This document shows positions 40,463 to 53,030 of a stretch of 64,000 nucleotides of DNA, piece after piece. The notes under the pieces are model-generated. The model saw only the letters and a list, made by a program, of their open reading frames with translations, was not told the origin of the DNA and did no database searches. The position numbers and the translations under genes were made by a program. The DNA comes from the human T2T-CHM13v2.0 reference genome, Homo sapiens, in NCBI RefSeq assembly GCF_009914755.1, contig NC_060940.1; one strand, given 5' to 3'. Position 1 is the stretch's first letter. Every line of letters starts with the position of its first letter.

Positions 40463-43400
40463 AACTCATGAATAATCCACACTTTGTTTGACATATCATC
40501 AAGAAATAACCATAAAAATGGCCAACCAGCATCTCAGGCTGCTGCTCTGCCTATGGAATAGCCATACTTTTATTCCTTTACTTTTTTTAATAAACTTGCT
40601 TTCACTTTACTCTATGGACTCGCTCCAAATTCTTTCTTGCATGAGATCCAAGAACCCTCACTTGGAGTCTGGATTGGGACCCTTTCTGGTAACACAGTTT
40701 TTTAAAAACTGATTCTCTGTATTAATTCCCCTCTATTTAATTATCTGGTATGGATTCTGTTCCCATTCTCTATTGCCATATAACAAACCACCCCTAAACA
40801 TAGTGGCTTTAAACAACAACAATTATTTTAATATCTCTCACGGATTCTGTAGGTCAGAATGAGGGAAATGAAAAAAGTAAGATGAACTACCATAAAAAAG
40901 ACAACCTAAGAATAAATGCAAAATAATATTATTCAAGTCTAGCAACATAATGTTGATTGCTGAAGGCTCTTAACCTAAGCCCTATCCTCTCTTTGTTGAA
41001 ACAGGAAATTAGCAAGTCTTAGGTGTTAAAGACAAGCACCAAACTGAGATAATCAAAAGGACTGAAAGGGAATTTCTTTCTCAGAATGGAAATCAATGCT
41101 GATGTTTTAAAAGGCTGCAGCTATGCACCATGTAAAAATCATCTCTCCTGCTGCCTAAATATCAGCTTGTGCACCCCAGGGGTACACATTCCAGATTTGG
41201 GGAAGCAGTTTGGTTCAAGGCAAGTTTGCTTGCAGAGAACAGAAGCCCAATTAAGCTAGATGAAATTAAAGGGGCTTTATCTTGAGAAAGCACAGCCAAT
41301 TCTCTCCCCAACCCCTTTCTTCAGAAAAGCATCTCTGCTCCACCTGCAAGATTGAACTCTTATCCCTCACATCTAAATGACCTGCTAAGCCTAGTCACAC
41401 CTGCTAGAGATTCAGTCATTTAATACTGAATGTGGGGAAAGAAAATCCGATTGGCCAGGGTGGGTGAGAAATCCAGCCCTGACTCAGTTGACCATAGCGC
41501 CAGTAGGGGTGTGACCCCTGGGGGTAAGCATCCCTAAGATTGAGACAAGCCTTGGAGGGAGTCTTCAGTGGCCTATCAGTCACTGTGGAAATCAGGAAAT
41601 TAGCACTGTCCAGAGTATTCTGAGAAGCCACTGGCTATATGGGGAGAGCCCGAGGCAATGCAGTAGCTCTGGGTCTCTGAATTATGTTTGGCTAAAGCTT
41701 CTAGTCCCTGCCCAGAGGCCACTTGTGTCTTTTAATCAGTGGTAGATGAGTTATGGTTTTGCATGTGGTTGCTCACTTCTGGATAAACATACCAATAAGA
41801 ATGCAAATGTTCTCATCTTCAACTACTCAAAACTTACTTTTAAGTAAATTTGCTAATTTGTTTTTGTTCCCTGTTCATCAGATTGTTCTTATATCACTGT
41901 CTTATATCCCCAGGAGCAAAAAGTAATAATGACTTACCTACTCCGTGCCCTGTATTGACTCATCAGATGTTCAGTTCCAGGATCACAGCCTAGGGTGCCT
42001 GGGGAGAAGTAATTAGGCTGATTTTAGCTAACACTCCTCATTTTGTTTTTAATGATAACATAGATGTTTAAATAACTAAAATGGCAAGCCCTTCTCCTAA
42101 CTCCTAAATTCCTGTTTATGTTTGCCTAACAGTCATGCCATTTGGTTCTTTTCAAACACATCATGATATCTTCATCCTTCCTCCATAATTAGTTAGAAAA
42201 TTCATCCCCAACCTGCCACCCTAATACCAATCATTTGAGAACCTAGATCAGGGACTGCAAATAGCATTTTACATGCCAGCTTTCATCAGTGGCAGACGCT
42301 TCATAGAGTGTTGTGTTGAAAAAGACTCTAAAGTTGAGCCAGAGAGGTTGAGCTCAAGCAAGTTGAGGCAGAAAAGACTGCTAAGATCTATTGATGATGT
42401 CTTCCACAGGTAGAAAGGAGGCATGGCCTTCTATATGGCAATGTCTCTCTCCCAGGGCCAAGACACACTAGTGCAGGTATAGATGCAGCTACTTGGGGCA
42501 TTTGAACAACATTTAACAACATTTAAAGATCTCATTAGATCCTCATGACACCTCAGTGAAGTGGGTGGGACTGAAATGATTATGACCATTTGATAGACAA
42601 GAAAGACTGAGACATGGAGGTCCTCTAAAAAGAAGTCATTGAAGCAGAATTCCTGTGCATTTGATTCCTCCTGAGAAGGAGGACCACACAAATACAGGGA
42701 AAGGCCCAATGCTGAGCATTACATGATGTTCTATTACCATCCTATTCTGTGATGATCTCTTGAATTAATCAATTAAGTAATTTAATTGATATTCCAGCAA
42801 TAATTCTGGTGGCTTTTCTAGTTGCCCCACCTCCTCCTTCACACATGAGCTCTTTGCTATACCTCATCTCACACTCCTACTTGCAACATACCTGGAAAAT
42901 ATTCTCTGAGCCTCAACCTCATATAAGTTGGAGGCATGGGTCATAGCCTTAATCTTTTTCATCTCACAGTAACTGTGCATGTAGTGGTCCTTAATAAGTG
43001 CTTACTCACAGTCAGCACCATCAGCCCAGGGACTATTCCAAGCAAAATTGTGAAGTAAGTGGGTCACTGGAGGCCCCCACTTTCATTCCTAGGATCTTTT
43101 ATCAATGGAAAAAGTACATAATCAACTCCTTCCCATTCACACCAGGGCTTACCACTTTCTGAGCCATCCCTCCCAGAGGCCATGACAATTTAAGATAACT
43201 ACTGGGAGAGGAGGTCTTACATGGCTGTTTTCACCCCATCTGGTGGTCACACAAATCTGATGAAAGCTGTGGATTATGTTTTATCAAGATTTTATTGGCT
43301 GTGGTGACAGGTACCAGGTAGAATTAGCTTTTGCCAAAAAGGTCCGTTTAGTGATTCAAATATGCAAAATTAGAAAGGGCATGGGTGGAACTGGTCCAAG

Positions 43401-45128
43401 GGGTAACCGGATCAGTGGAGTGCTGTCAGCAATCTCTTATATTCTCTCTCCCTGGCTCTCATTCTCATCTCTGCTTTTTTCTGATTGACAGCTTACTTCC
43501 CTTCTATTACAGATGTGCTTTTGCCACATGGCAGAGGCATGGCTGAATCCTTACACCATCAGCTAAAGTGGGAAGTATGTTCTTTCCTCCAAATGAAGTT
43601 GGAAATGTCCCAGGGAAGGACTCTAACTGGCCCTGCTTGAGTCAGGTGCTCATCCCTCAAGTCAAGCACTGTGATCAGGATGGTGATGACTGGCTTAGCT
43701 ATGCCCCCACCTCTTTGCTGGCTTTGTCATCAAAAGGGGGAATGACCTCTCTAAGAATTGTTGTAAGACAGGCCATCACCATCAAATCTACCTACAACAG
43801 ATCCTTTCCTCCAAAAGTACACAGACACACATACGTGCAGTTTTTTACATAAAATTCCAGGGAGTTGTTGGACCCTTCATGCTCATTCCAGGCCTGGAGA
43901 TTAACCCTGTTTACACAAAGGATTTGAATTGCCAGCAGAAGAATTCCTAATGGTTGATAATTTGCAGAAGCAGAATCCCTTTCTATAGCCCCTCAAATCC
44001 CCTCCAGCTCCATTTCCTTAATCTGCCCCTTTTAGGCCTGTCTCAGATTTTCATTCCATGTCATTTCTTTGCTCTCCCCTCACTCTCTGTTCCAATCCCC
44101 ACTAGGATGATGGGAAGCCATTTCTGTGCAGGGAGACCCGAAAAGAACAACAAGATATCAATCAACTTTGAGCATCACCAGGAGGGTGAAAACAATGGTA
44201 CTGAATTGCAAATTGTAGGACTGCAGAAATAAAGTTCTGTTCACAAAAAAGTGGGTGATGGGGTCTTTAAAAAAAAAGTGTAGAGGAATATTTTCTCAAC
44301 ATTTCATAAACAGCCATTTGAAAACTGCCCTAGAGCAAATTGGAAGTCAGTACAATGTCCAGGCGTTCACTTGTTAGACTTGGAAGAATGTGCACACACA
44401 AACGGCATTCTTTATACATACATATTTACACACAATATACATAAAGAATGACCTTCCCCCACTCCGCCCTTCTACTGCCTGCAATGGTAACATTTACTGC
44501 AGATTTTATTACAAAAGCCACAAAATGAAATTCTAATCAATAATAGTTTGCAGGATGCTGAAAAAAAGGGGGAACTGAATACATTCATAGGTAAAAGATG
44601 TTATTATCTCAGTTCAGTAACTATGAAAGAGAAATAGATGAAAAAATCTGGGTTTTATATTAAAAACCGGCACAGCTGTAGAGTTACATAATAAAGTATT
44701 GCCTGTATCCATGGAAATGGAGAGTAATTGATGCACCACAAGTTATTTTTATAAACCCAAACAAAAAAATTCAATCAGAAATGTCTTTCCCCGTTTTGGG
44801 GGCATTGTATATTTTGTATCTGTACATAATGCACACATTTAGAGTGTGAATGCACTCATTATTGATCAGCCGTGTTGAATAGGACATGCTGCTTTCCCTG
44901 AATATTCAAGATTAGAATCCTGTGGCCTAGCTCCCACTCCTTCTTGAAAGACTTCCTCTGAATAAAGTGTGCAGTGCTTTAAAATTCAAGCAGTTCCAAT
45001 CACGGGGGAATAAAGGAGCCCCATTCCTGGTTTTGGAGGTGTCAGAGAGGGCAAATTTGGAAAATGATTGTCCCACATAATGTATACATTTGAATTCCCT
45101 GACAATACCAGCATCCCATGCCTGCCCA

Positions 45129-45130
<2 letters not shown>

Positions 45131-45175
<45 letters not shown>
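45131..45175. repeat. (AC)n microsatellite, ~22 units
   Basis: Uninterrupted AC run. Confidence 0.97.
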
Positions 45176-45177
<2 letters not shown>

Positions 45178-45271
45178 GCCTAGCACAGTGCTACACACGA
45201 AACAAGTCCTCCAAAACAGCCAGGATGCACGGCATATTACAATTTCCCCAATTTGCTTGCAATAAGAATTA

Positions 45272-45598
<327 letters not shown>

Positions 45599-45729
45599 GG
45601 AATAGATTCCAGAGCTCCACCCCAACCCCCTCTATTGGATTATCCTGGAGAAAGACATAGAAGTCTGTAAAATCAAAGCACCTTCCCAAGGTAATTCTTA
45701 CCATTAGGTAAACTGGAGAAACATGGAAG

Positions 45730-45897
45730 CAGGGCTGGCTTCGGAGGTGTACAACCTATGCAATCACACAGGGAACTCAGAAGGTCCTAACTCTGTTTAA
45801 TGCACTGATATCCCCTTGAAATTCTTCATAATCTCTTAACAAGTGGACTTACATTTTCATTTTGCACTGGGCACTACAAGTTATGTAGCTGGTCCTA
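45730..45897. mobile_element. MER91-like hAT MITE
   Basis: CAGGGCTGGCTTC...CATTTTCATTTTGCACTGGGC...TTATGTAGCTGGTCCT. Confidence 0.65.
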
Positions 45898-46604
45898 TGT
45901 AGATGTAATGATGAAGAGCATACATTTAGCAAACAGACTTGGGTAAAAATTCCAACTTCACCACTTAACTGGTTAGGAGATCTTGATCATGTTAGTTAAA
46001 CCTCTGATTTTCTGTGTACTCATCTATAAAACTGACATAATAATGAGCTATTATGAGATTAAATGACACAATGTTTGTACCACGCTCACTGCTTGAAGAG
46101 AAGCACAGCCTCAGTCAGTGAATACCATTAGCTGTTTAGTCAAGACAAGTTGAGTGAAATAAGGACATGAAGAAGGGAGGGACATATTTTAGCCGAGAGC
46201 TGGAGGGGGATACTAATTAAACCCTGGCCTTGCTGGTGTTGAATCAATGTCCAAATTACCTTAAATAAAGCAACTGTGCTGTGCATCAACCTTCGATGTC
46301 ACCGAGACTGCTTAGCTTCAGCTTTGTATCAGCTTCATATTATGATCTGCTCGGTTACTGGCTGGAGAAAAAAGCCTGCCAGAATAAAACCTACTCCACC
46401 ATCACTTCTAGATCCACTCCCCACAGCTGGGGCTTGGGCTAGGTTGGTACAGGGTGGTGTGACAGTGAGTAGAAATTCCTATGAATAGCTTTCCATCATA
46501 TGTCTCATTTCTCTTTATTTTCACAGTCACCCTATTTCCATGCCACCATCGTCTCTCACCAGGACTATTACATTAGACTAGCTTTTTACTGCCATTTCGT
46601 AAAT

Positions 46605-48595
46605 GTATTTATTTATTTTTATTGATGCCTGATAGATGTACATAGTTTTGGGGTATACATAATAATGTAATACATTTATATAATTTGTAAAGCTCAAATC
46701 AGTGTACTTGGGATATCGATCACATTAAATATTTGTCTTTTCTTTATGCTAGAAACATTCAAATTATTCTCTTCTAGCTATTTTTAAATGTACAATAGAT
46801 TATTGTAAACAATAGTCACCCTGTTGATCTAACACTAGGTCTTTCTTTTATCAAACCGTATATTTGTACCCACTAATAAACTCTTCATTATCCACTTCCC
46901 CCTACTACTCACAACCAAAAATTTCACAATTTCGAGCACAACTCAGCGTTTTAGTATGTTCACAGAGTTGTGAAGCCAACACCACTGTCTAATTCTAGAG
47001 TATTTTCATTACTCCAAAAAGAAACTCTATACCTATTAGCAGTTACTCTTTATTCCTCCCTCCCTCCATTCCATGACAATCACTAATTTACTTTTGTCTG
47101 TATTAATTTGCCTGTACTAGACATTTCCTGTGAATGAAAGCATATAATATGTGTCTGGCTTCTTTCAGTTACATAATGGTTCAAGGGTTATTAATGCTGT
47201 AGAATGTATCAGTACTTCCTTCCTGTTTATTGCAAATAATATTCCATTGTATGGCTATACATATTTTCTTAATCTATTCATTCAGTTGATGAGCATTTGG
47301 GTTGTTTCTACTTTTTGTCTGTTTTGAATCAGGCTGTTATAAATATTTTATGTATAAGGTTTTGTGTGGACACATACTTTCATTTTTCTTGGTTAGATAC
47401 CTAGGAGTAGAGTTGCTAGATCACCTGGTAACTCTATTTTTAACTTTCTGAAGAATTGCCAAACCGTTTTCCACTGCAGCTGCACCATTTTACAATCCCA
47501 CCACCAGGAAATCTGATTTCTCTACATTCTTACCAATATTTCTTATTGTCTGACTTTTAAATTTTAGCCATCCTAATGAATGTGAAGTAGTGTCTATGAG
47601 ATACCACTTTTGATTTGCATTTTCCTAATCAAAAATGATGTTTAGCATCTTTTCATGGGCTTTTTGTCCATTTTTATACTTTTTTGGGGGAAATATTGGA
47701 AATATCTATTAATATCCTTCATCCATTTTTAATTTATCACCATTTTTGGAAAAGATTATTAACAGTTAACTGACCATAATATAAGAATTTGTTGTTAAAC
47801 TCTTATTGCTTGCTATTCCACTCACCTACATGTTTATCCTTATGATAGTACTACACTGCCGTGATTACTGAAGCTTGGCAGTAAGTTTTGAAATGTGGAA
47901 TTGTGAGTCCTCCAACTTACTCTTTCTTTTTCAAGCTTGTTTTGGCTATTCTGGGACCCTTGAATTTCCAAACAAATTTTAAAATCAGCTTGTCAATTTC
48001 TGCAAAATAGGCAGCTGGAATATTGGTAAGATTGCATTGAATCTGTAGATCACATTGGGGGAGTGTTGCCATCTTAACAACATTAAATATTCCAATTCAT
48101 AAACATGGGATATCTTTCCATCTATTTAAATGTTTTTAAATTTCTTTTGATAATATTTTGTAGTTTCCAATGTACAATTCTTATAATTTTGTTTAATTTA
48201 TTCTTAAGTATTTTGTTATTTTGACGCCATTATAAATTGTATTCTTAATTTCACTTTCAAATTTTTCATTGCTAGTGTATAGAAACAAAACTGATTTTCA
48301 TATCTTCATTTTATATCTTCCAATCTTCCTGAATTTGTGCATTATTTCTAACAGTTTTTTTGTGGATTCCTTAGAATTTCTATGTTGAATATAATGTCAT
48401 CTGCAAATGAAGATATCTTTACTTCTTCATTTCCAAATATGATGCCTTTTATTTATTTTTCTTACTCAGTTGTTCTGGCTAGAACCAGTACAATGTTGAA
48501 TAGAAATGGCAAGAACAGAGATCTTCATCTTAGTACTGATGTTAGGTCAAAAGTATTCGATGTTACATCTAATATGATGTTAGATGTGTGTTTTT
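46605..48595 (-). mobile_element. L1MA 3' end (~46605-46910) followed by an L1MB-like fragment
   Basis: Antisense L1 3'UTR and ORF2 motifs (CAGTTGATGAGCATTTGGGTTGTTTC; TTGCATTGAATCTGTAGATC; TGTCATCTGCAAATG). Confidence 0.85.
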
Positions 48596-48599
48596 TGTA

Positions 48600-49000
48600 G
48601 GTCCCACACTCTCCCATTCCTTGCACACTGACCACACTGACCTTCTAATTTCACTGCTTTTGTGTTTGCTGTTCCTTCTGCCTAAAACTTCTACCGACTG
48701 TCTTTTTCTGCTACATAAAGTCCTACTCATTCTTTTACTGTGGTTAGTTATCTGGAAAGGCTTCCTGGGCCCCTAGACCTGGCCAGATATCACAGCTCCA
48801 TGTTCTCATAGCTCCTTTTCCTTGATAGTATTTGGCAGTTTGACACTGTGTATTCATATGGCTATTTGATTGATGTCTGTCTTCTCACAGAACATATACT
48901 CCATGAGTGCCTGGACACTGTCTGTTTTGTTAATCACTTTATCCCCAGCTCCTAGAGCTGCATCTGGCACAAGGCTTTCAGAAAATATTTAATGAATAAA
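48600..49000 (+). mobile_element. L2 3' end
   Basis: TTGCTGTTCCTTCTGCCT...CCCCAGCTCCTAGAGCTGCATCTGGCACA...AATGAATAAAT. Confidence 0.7.
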
Positions 49001-49133
49001 TTAGTGCAATCAAACCAACCAATATGTATGGATATAGAATGGGGGTGGTAACCTCCAGACACAGCTCTTGGCTACGGAAGACCCTTAATGTTTCATTCTT
49101 CTTGGATTTTTCCCCATGGCAAAAACTTTTGCC

Positions 49134-51235
49134 GGTGAGAGGAGGCTGCAACACCGAGCGGAGGAGGCAGGAACCGGAGCGCGAGCAGTAGCTGGGTGGG
49201 CACCACGGCTGGGATCACCACCATTGAGGCGGTGAAGCGCAAGATCCAGGTTCTGCAGCAGCAGGCAGATGATGCAGAGGAGCGAGCTGAGCGCCTCCAG
49301 CAAGAAGTTGAGGGAGAAAGGCGGGCCCGGAAACAGGCTGAGGCTGAGGTGGCCTCCTTGAACCGTAGGATCCAGCTGGTTGAAGAAGAGCTGGATCGTC
49401 CTCAGGAGCGCCTGGCCACTGCCCTGCAAAAGCTGGAAGAAGCAGAAAAAGCTGCTGGTGAGAGTGAGAGAGGTATGAAGGTTATTGAAAACCGGGCTTT
49501 AGAAGATGAAGAAAAGATGGAACTCCAAGAACTCCAACTCAAAGAAGCTAAGCACATTGCAGAAGAGGCAGATAGGAAGTATGAAGAGGTGGCTCGTAAG
49601 TTGGTGACCATTGAAGGAGACTTGGAACGCACAGAGGAACGAGCTGAGCTGACAGAGTCCCGTTGCCGAGAGATGGATGAGCAGATTAGACTGATGGACC
49701 AGAACCTGAAGTGTCTGAGTGCTGCTGAAGAAAAGTACTCTCAAAAAGAAGACAAATATGAGGAAGAAATCAAGATTTTTACTGATAAACCCAAGGAGGC
49801 AGAGACCTGTGCTGAGTTTGCTGAGCGATCGGTAGCCAAGCTGGAAAAGACAATTGATGACTTGGAAGATAAACTGAAATGCACCAAAGAGGAGCACCTC
49901 TGTACACAAAGGATGCTGGACCAGACTCTGCTTGACCTGAATGAGATGTAGAATGCCCCAGTCCCACCCTGCTGCTGCTCCTCCCTGTGACCCAGACTCC
50001 GCCTGAGGCCAGCCTGCCAGAAGCTGACCTTTAACTGAGGGCTGATCTTTAACTGGAAGGCTGCTTTCTCCTTTCACCGCCCCCTCCTTCCCTGTGTCTT
50101 TTTCGCCAAACTGTCTCTGCCTTTTCCCGGAGAATCCAGCTGGGCTAGAGGCTGAGCACCTTTGGAAACAACATTTAAGGGAATGTGAGCACAATGCATA
50201 ATGTCTTTAAAAAGCGTGTTGTGATGTACACATTTTGTAATTACCTTTTTTGTTGTTTTGTAGCAAACATTTGTAAAACATTCCAAATAATTCCACAGCC
50301 CTGAAGCAGCAATCGAATCCCTTTCTCACTTTTGGAAGGTGACTTTTCACCTTAATGCATATTCCCCTCTCCATAGAGGAGAGGAAAAGGTATAGGCTTG
50401 CCTTGCTGAGAGCCAAACAGAGCCCAGGGAGACTCCACTGTGGGAAACCTCATTGCTCTGTACAAAGTACTAGCTAAACCAGAAAGGTGATTCCAGGAGG
50501 AGTTAGCCCAACAACAACAAAAACAAAAATGTGCTGTTCAAGTTTTCAGCTTTAAGATATCTTTGGATAATATTATTTCTATTTTTTATTTTTTTCATTA
50601 GAAATGATCAAATTAAGATGGTTAAGACCTCTGAGACCAAAACTTTCTCTCATCTCTACCCCCTCCCAACTGCTCACAGAACGGATCATGTCCCCCTTAT
50701 GTTGAGGTGACCACTTAATTGCTTTCCTGCCTCCTTGAAAGAAAGAAGATTGTGTTTTCTCCACTGATTTAGCCATGTGAAACTCATCTCGTTACCCTTT
50801 TCTGGGTTTCAAGCTGCTGTCTCTAGAAGTGCCATCTCATTGTGCTTCGTATCAGTCAGTGCTGGAGAAATCTTGAATAGCTTATGTACAAAACTTTGTA
50901 AATTTTATATTATTTTGAAACTTTGCTTCTTTGGGTTTGTGGCACCCTGGCCACCCCATGTGGCTGTGACAGCCTCTGCAGTCCGTGGGCTGGCAGTTTG
51001 CTGATCTTTTAAAATTTCTTTCCCTACCCAGTCCCCATTTTCTGGTAAGGTTTCTAGGAGGTCTGTTAGGTGTACATCCTGCAGCTTATTGGCTTAAAAT
51101 GTACTCTCCTTTTATGTCGTCTCTTTGGGGCTGATTGGGAGAAAGAGAAATCAATAGTGCAACTGTTTTGATACTGAATATTGACAAGTGTCTTTTTGAA
51201 ATAAAGAACCAGTCCCTCCAAAAAAAAAAAAAAAA
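49134..51235 (+). pseudogene. TPM3 pseudogene: Processed retrocopy of TPM3 (tropomyosin 3, short cytoskeletal isoform Tpm3.1/Tm5NM1) with 5'UTR, CDS, long 3'UTR and poly(A)
   Basis: Intronless ORF reads (T)[27 protein letters not shown]...[10 protein letters not shown], the Tpm3.1 N- and C-termini. AATAAA at 51200-51205, poly(A) at 51220-51235. TSD ACTTTTGCC at 49125-49133 and 51237-51245. Which numbered TPM3P locus this is cannot be determined here. Confidence 0.97.
49205..49951 (+). CDS. Uninterrupted 248-codon tropomyosin frame starting at ACG (mutated ATG); translation unproven
   Basis: gcaccACGgct at 49205, TAG ending at 49951, 747 nt with no frameshift or internal stop. The ORF track starts it at GTG 49196. 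Confidence refers to it being translated. Confidence 0.15.
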   Translation, partial: TAGITTIEAVKRKIQVLQQQADDAEERAERLQQEVEGERRARKQAEAEVASLNRRIQLVEEELDRPQERLATALQKLEEAEKAAGESERGMKVIENRALEDEEKMELQELQLKEAKHIAEEADRKYEEVARKLVTIEGDLERTEERAELTESRCREMDEQIRLMDQNLKCLSAAEEKYSQKEDKYEEEIKIFTDKPKEAETCAEFAERSVAKLEKTIDDLEDKLKCTKEEHLCTQRMLDQTLLDLNEM

Positions 51236-52189
51236 CACTTTTGCCATGTTTTGGTAGAAAAGATCTACTTTAGATTCTAAGGTGGCAGAGGAAAGCCTCT
51301 CTTTGGAGATGACTTTTAAGCTGAATGGATGTCACACATTCTTCTTATTCTCCATGAAACATCTCTGATTCCTGCTGGTCACAGATAATCTCTTCCTTCT
51401 CATAATGTCTAGAGTGCTGAGAATGATGTCAGCAAGATGCCTGACTAAAGAGGCCTGGTGCTCATCCTCACCACAAAGAAAGACCAAAGCAACAAATAAA
51501 TAGATATGGTATGGTTTGACTTGACTGTCAAACGGAGAGCATTGGAGTGCAGTGGGTGGGGGAGTAGAGATTCCCCTTTGGTGATTAGAAGTCTAGGAGG
51601 GCAGTGTGAAGACACCCAGCCTCTGCAGACACCTGGATTGGATCTGCCCAGAGTCAGGAGTGACTTCCCATGGCAGGGAAAAAGTAAGCAGAAGAACTCT
51701 ACCAGCCCCCATTGCCACTGCAAACACTACAGTCCTTAACAAAGGAGAATCCCACAGTCCTCACAAGCCCTCAGCCCAGTCTGAAGAACTGCCAAGAATT
51801 GATGCGGCTGCATTGTCCCAGATTAGGAGCACAAGGTGTGCACACTCCCCACTCTCTACCCACCTTCTGTGAGCCAAGCTGCTGCAGCACATCACTCTCG
51901 AGACCAGAGCCCACTCTGGAGTGTGCCCGCCTCTAGGGGCCAATAGCCACTTCACCTCTCCAGTGCTGGGGTTCCATCTTTATTCGGCCAAACCCACACT
52001 GGTGGCTGAACACCACAAGCCCCGTAGCACAGAGCCTGGGCCCAGGATTGGCTGTGGCTCAGGTCCTGCACCACAGGAAAACTAACTTCTGCCATTCTCA
52101 GTTCCAGCTAGAGGAACAGTCTGACAGTGCCAGGGCTAACCTGCCCTTGAGTGGGCCAAACTGCTTTATGTCCTCTCCCAAGCTAGAGA

Positions 52190-53030
52190 GGCCCCCAAGC
52201 CTTCAAGCCACTGACAGGCTCCCAAGCCAGTAGAACAGCTATGTGCCCATGTCCAGAACTTCGGAAATAGCTCTGTGGTGCCCCATCCCTTGCAGACAAG
52301 CCCCTGGCCTGCCCAGTGGCCCCACAACTGCAAACAGCAGAGAACCAGCTATGTGGGCTGCCCCAGCAGACTTGCCCCAGACCAGCCAAGCAGCTCTGTG
52401 CCTGCATCCTGAGACTGAGAAACAGCCCTCACAGGCTGCCCCCAATGGGCCAGCCCCCACACTGGCTGAGCAGCTGTGAGCCCATGTCCTGTGCCTGAAA
52501 AACAGCCCTGTGGGCCACCCGCAGCAGGGACAACCCCCCAGTCAGGCTGAGCAGCTTTGCATTCATGTTCCAAGCCTGTGGAGCCCCATGGGCCACCCCA
52601 GCAGACACATCTCAGGTCAGCCAAGCAGTTATGCAGCCCCATCTGAGGTCTGAGAAAGAATCCCATGGACCACCCCCAGAAGACATGTACCCATGACAGC
52701 TGACAAGCCATGCAGCCATGTTCTGGGCCTGAGAAACAACCCCACAGCCCACCCTGCCAAACACACCCCTGAGCAGCTGAGCAGCTGTGTGTCCATGTCT
52801 CAGGCCTAAGAAACATACAACTGAGCAGCTGTGTGCCCGAGTCCCAGGCCTGAGAAACAGCCTCATGGGCCCCTCCTGGCAGGCGTGCCCCCAGGCCTGC
52901 TGAGCAGCCATGTGCACATGCATCCTGCTGTTCAGAATAATAACCCCAGCTCCCCTACCCCAGCTCCAAGTGGGCCAACCCACTGTGTGTACACATGCAC
53001 CTCCAACCTGAGAAATAGCCTGGCAAGCCT
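52190..53030 (+). repeat. Degenerate tandem array (~79-bp unit, ~10-11 copies) in the L1 5'UTR
   Basis: CTGAGAAACAGCCC-like anchor recurs at ~52259, 52337, 52415, 52495, 52575, 52650, 52729, 52806, 52850, 52931 and 53008, with GAGCAGCTGTG-like motifs between. Confidence 0.85.

Noticed and set aside
49116-49235. Upstream ATG (CCCATGG) as a replacement start for the tropomyosin frame
   Set aside because: It is 89 nt from the ACG and so out of frame; the tropomyosin frame is also closed by TGA at 49136-49138.
49499-50194. 231-aa minus-strand ORF overlapping the TPM3 retrocopy
   Set aside because: Antisense shadow of a codon-biased coiled-coil CDS plus UTR; no recognisable protein and an alternative start codon.
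52190-53030. CRISPR-like repeat-spacer array
   Set aside because: Whole units are mutually homologous with no unique spacers, it lies in an L1 5'UTR in primate DNA, and there are no cas genes.
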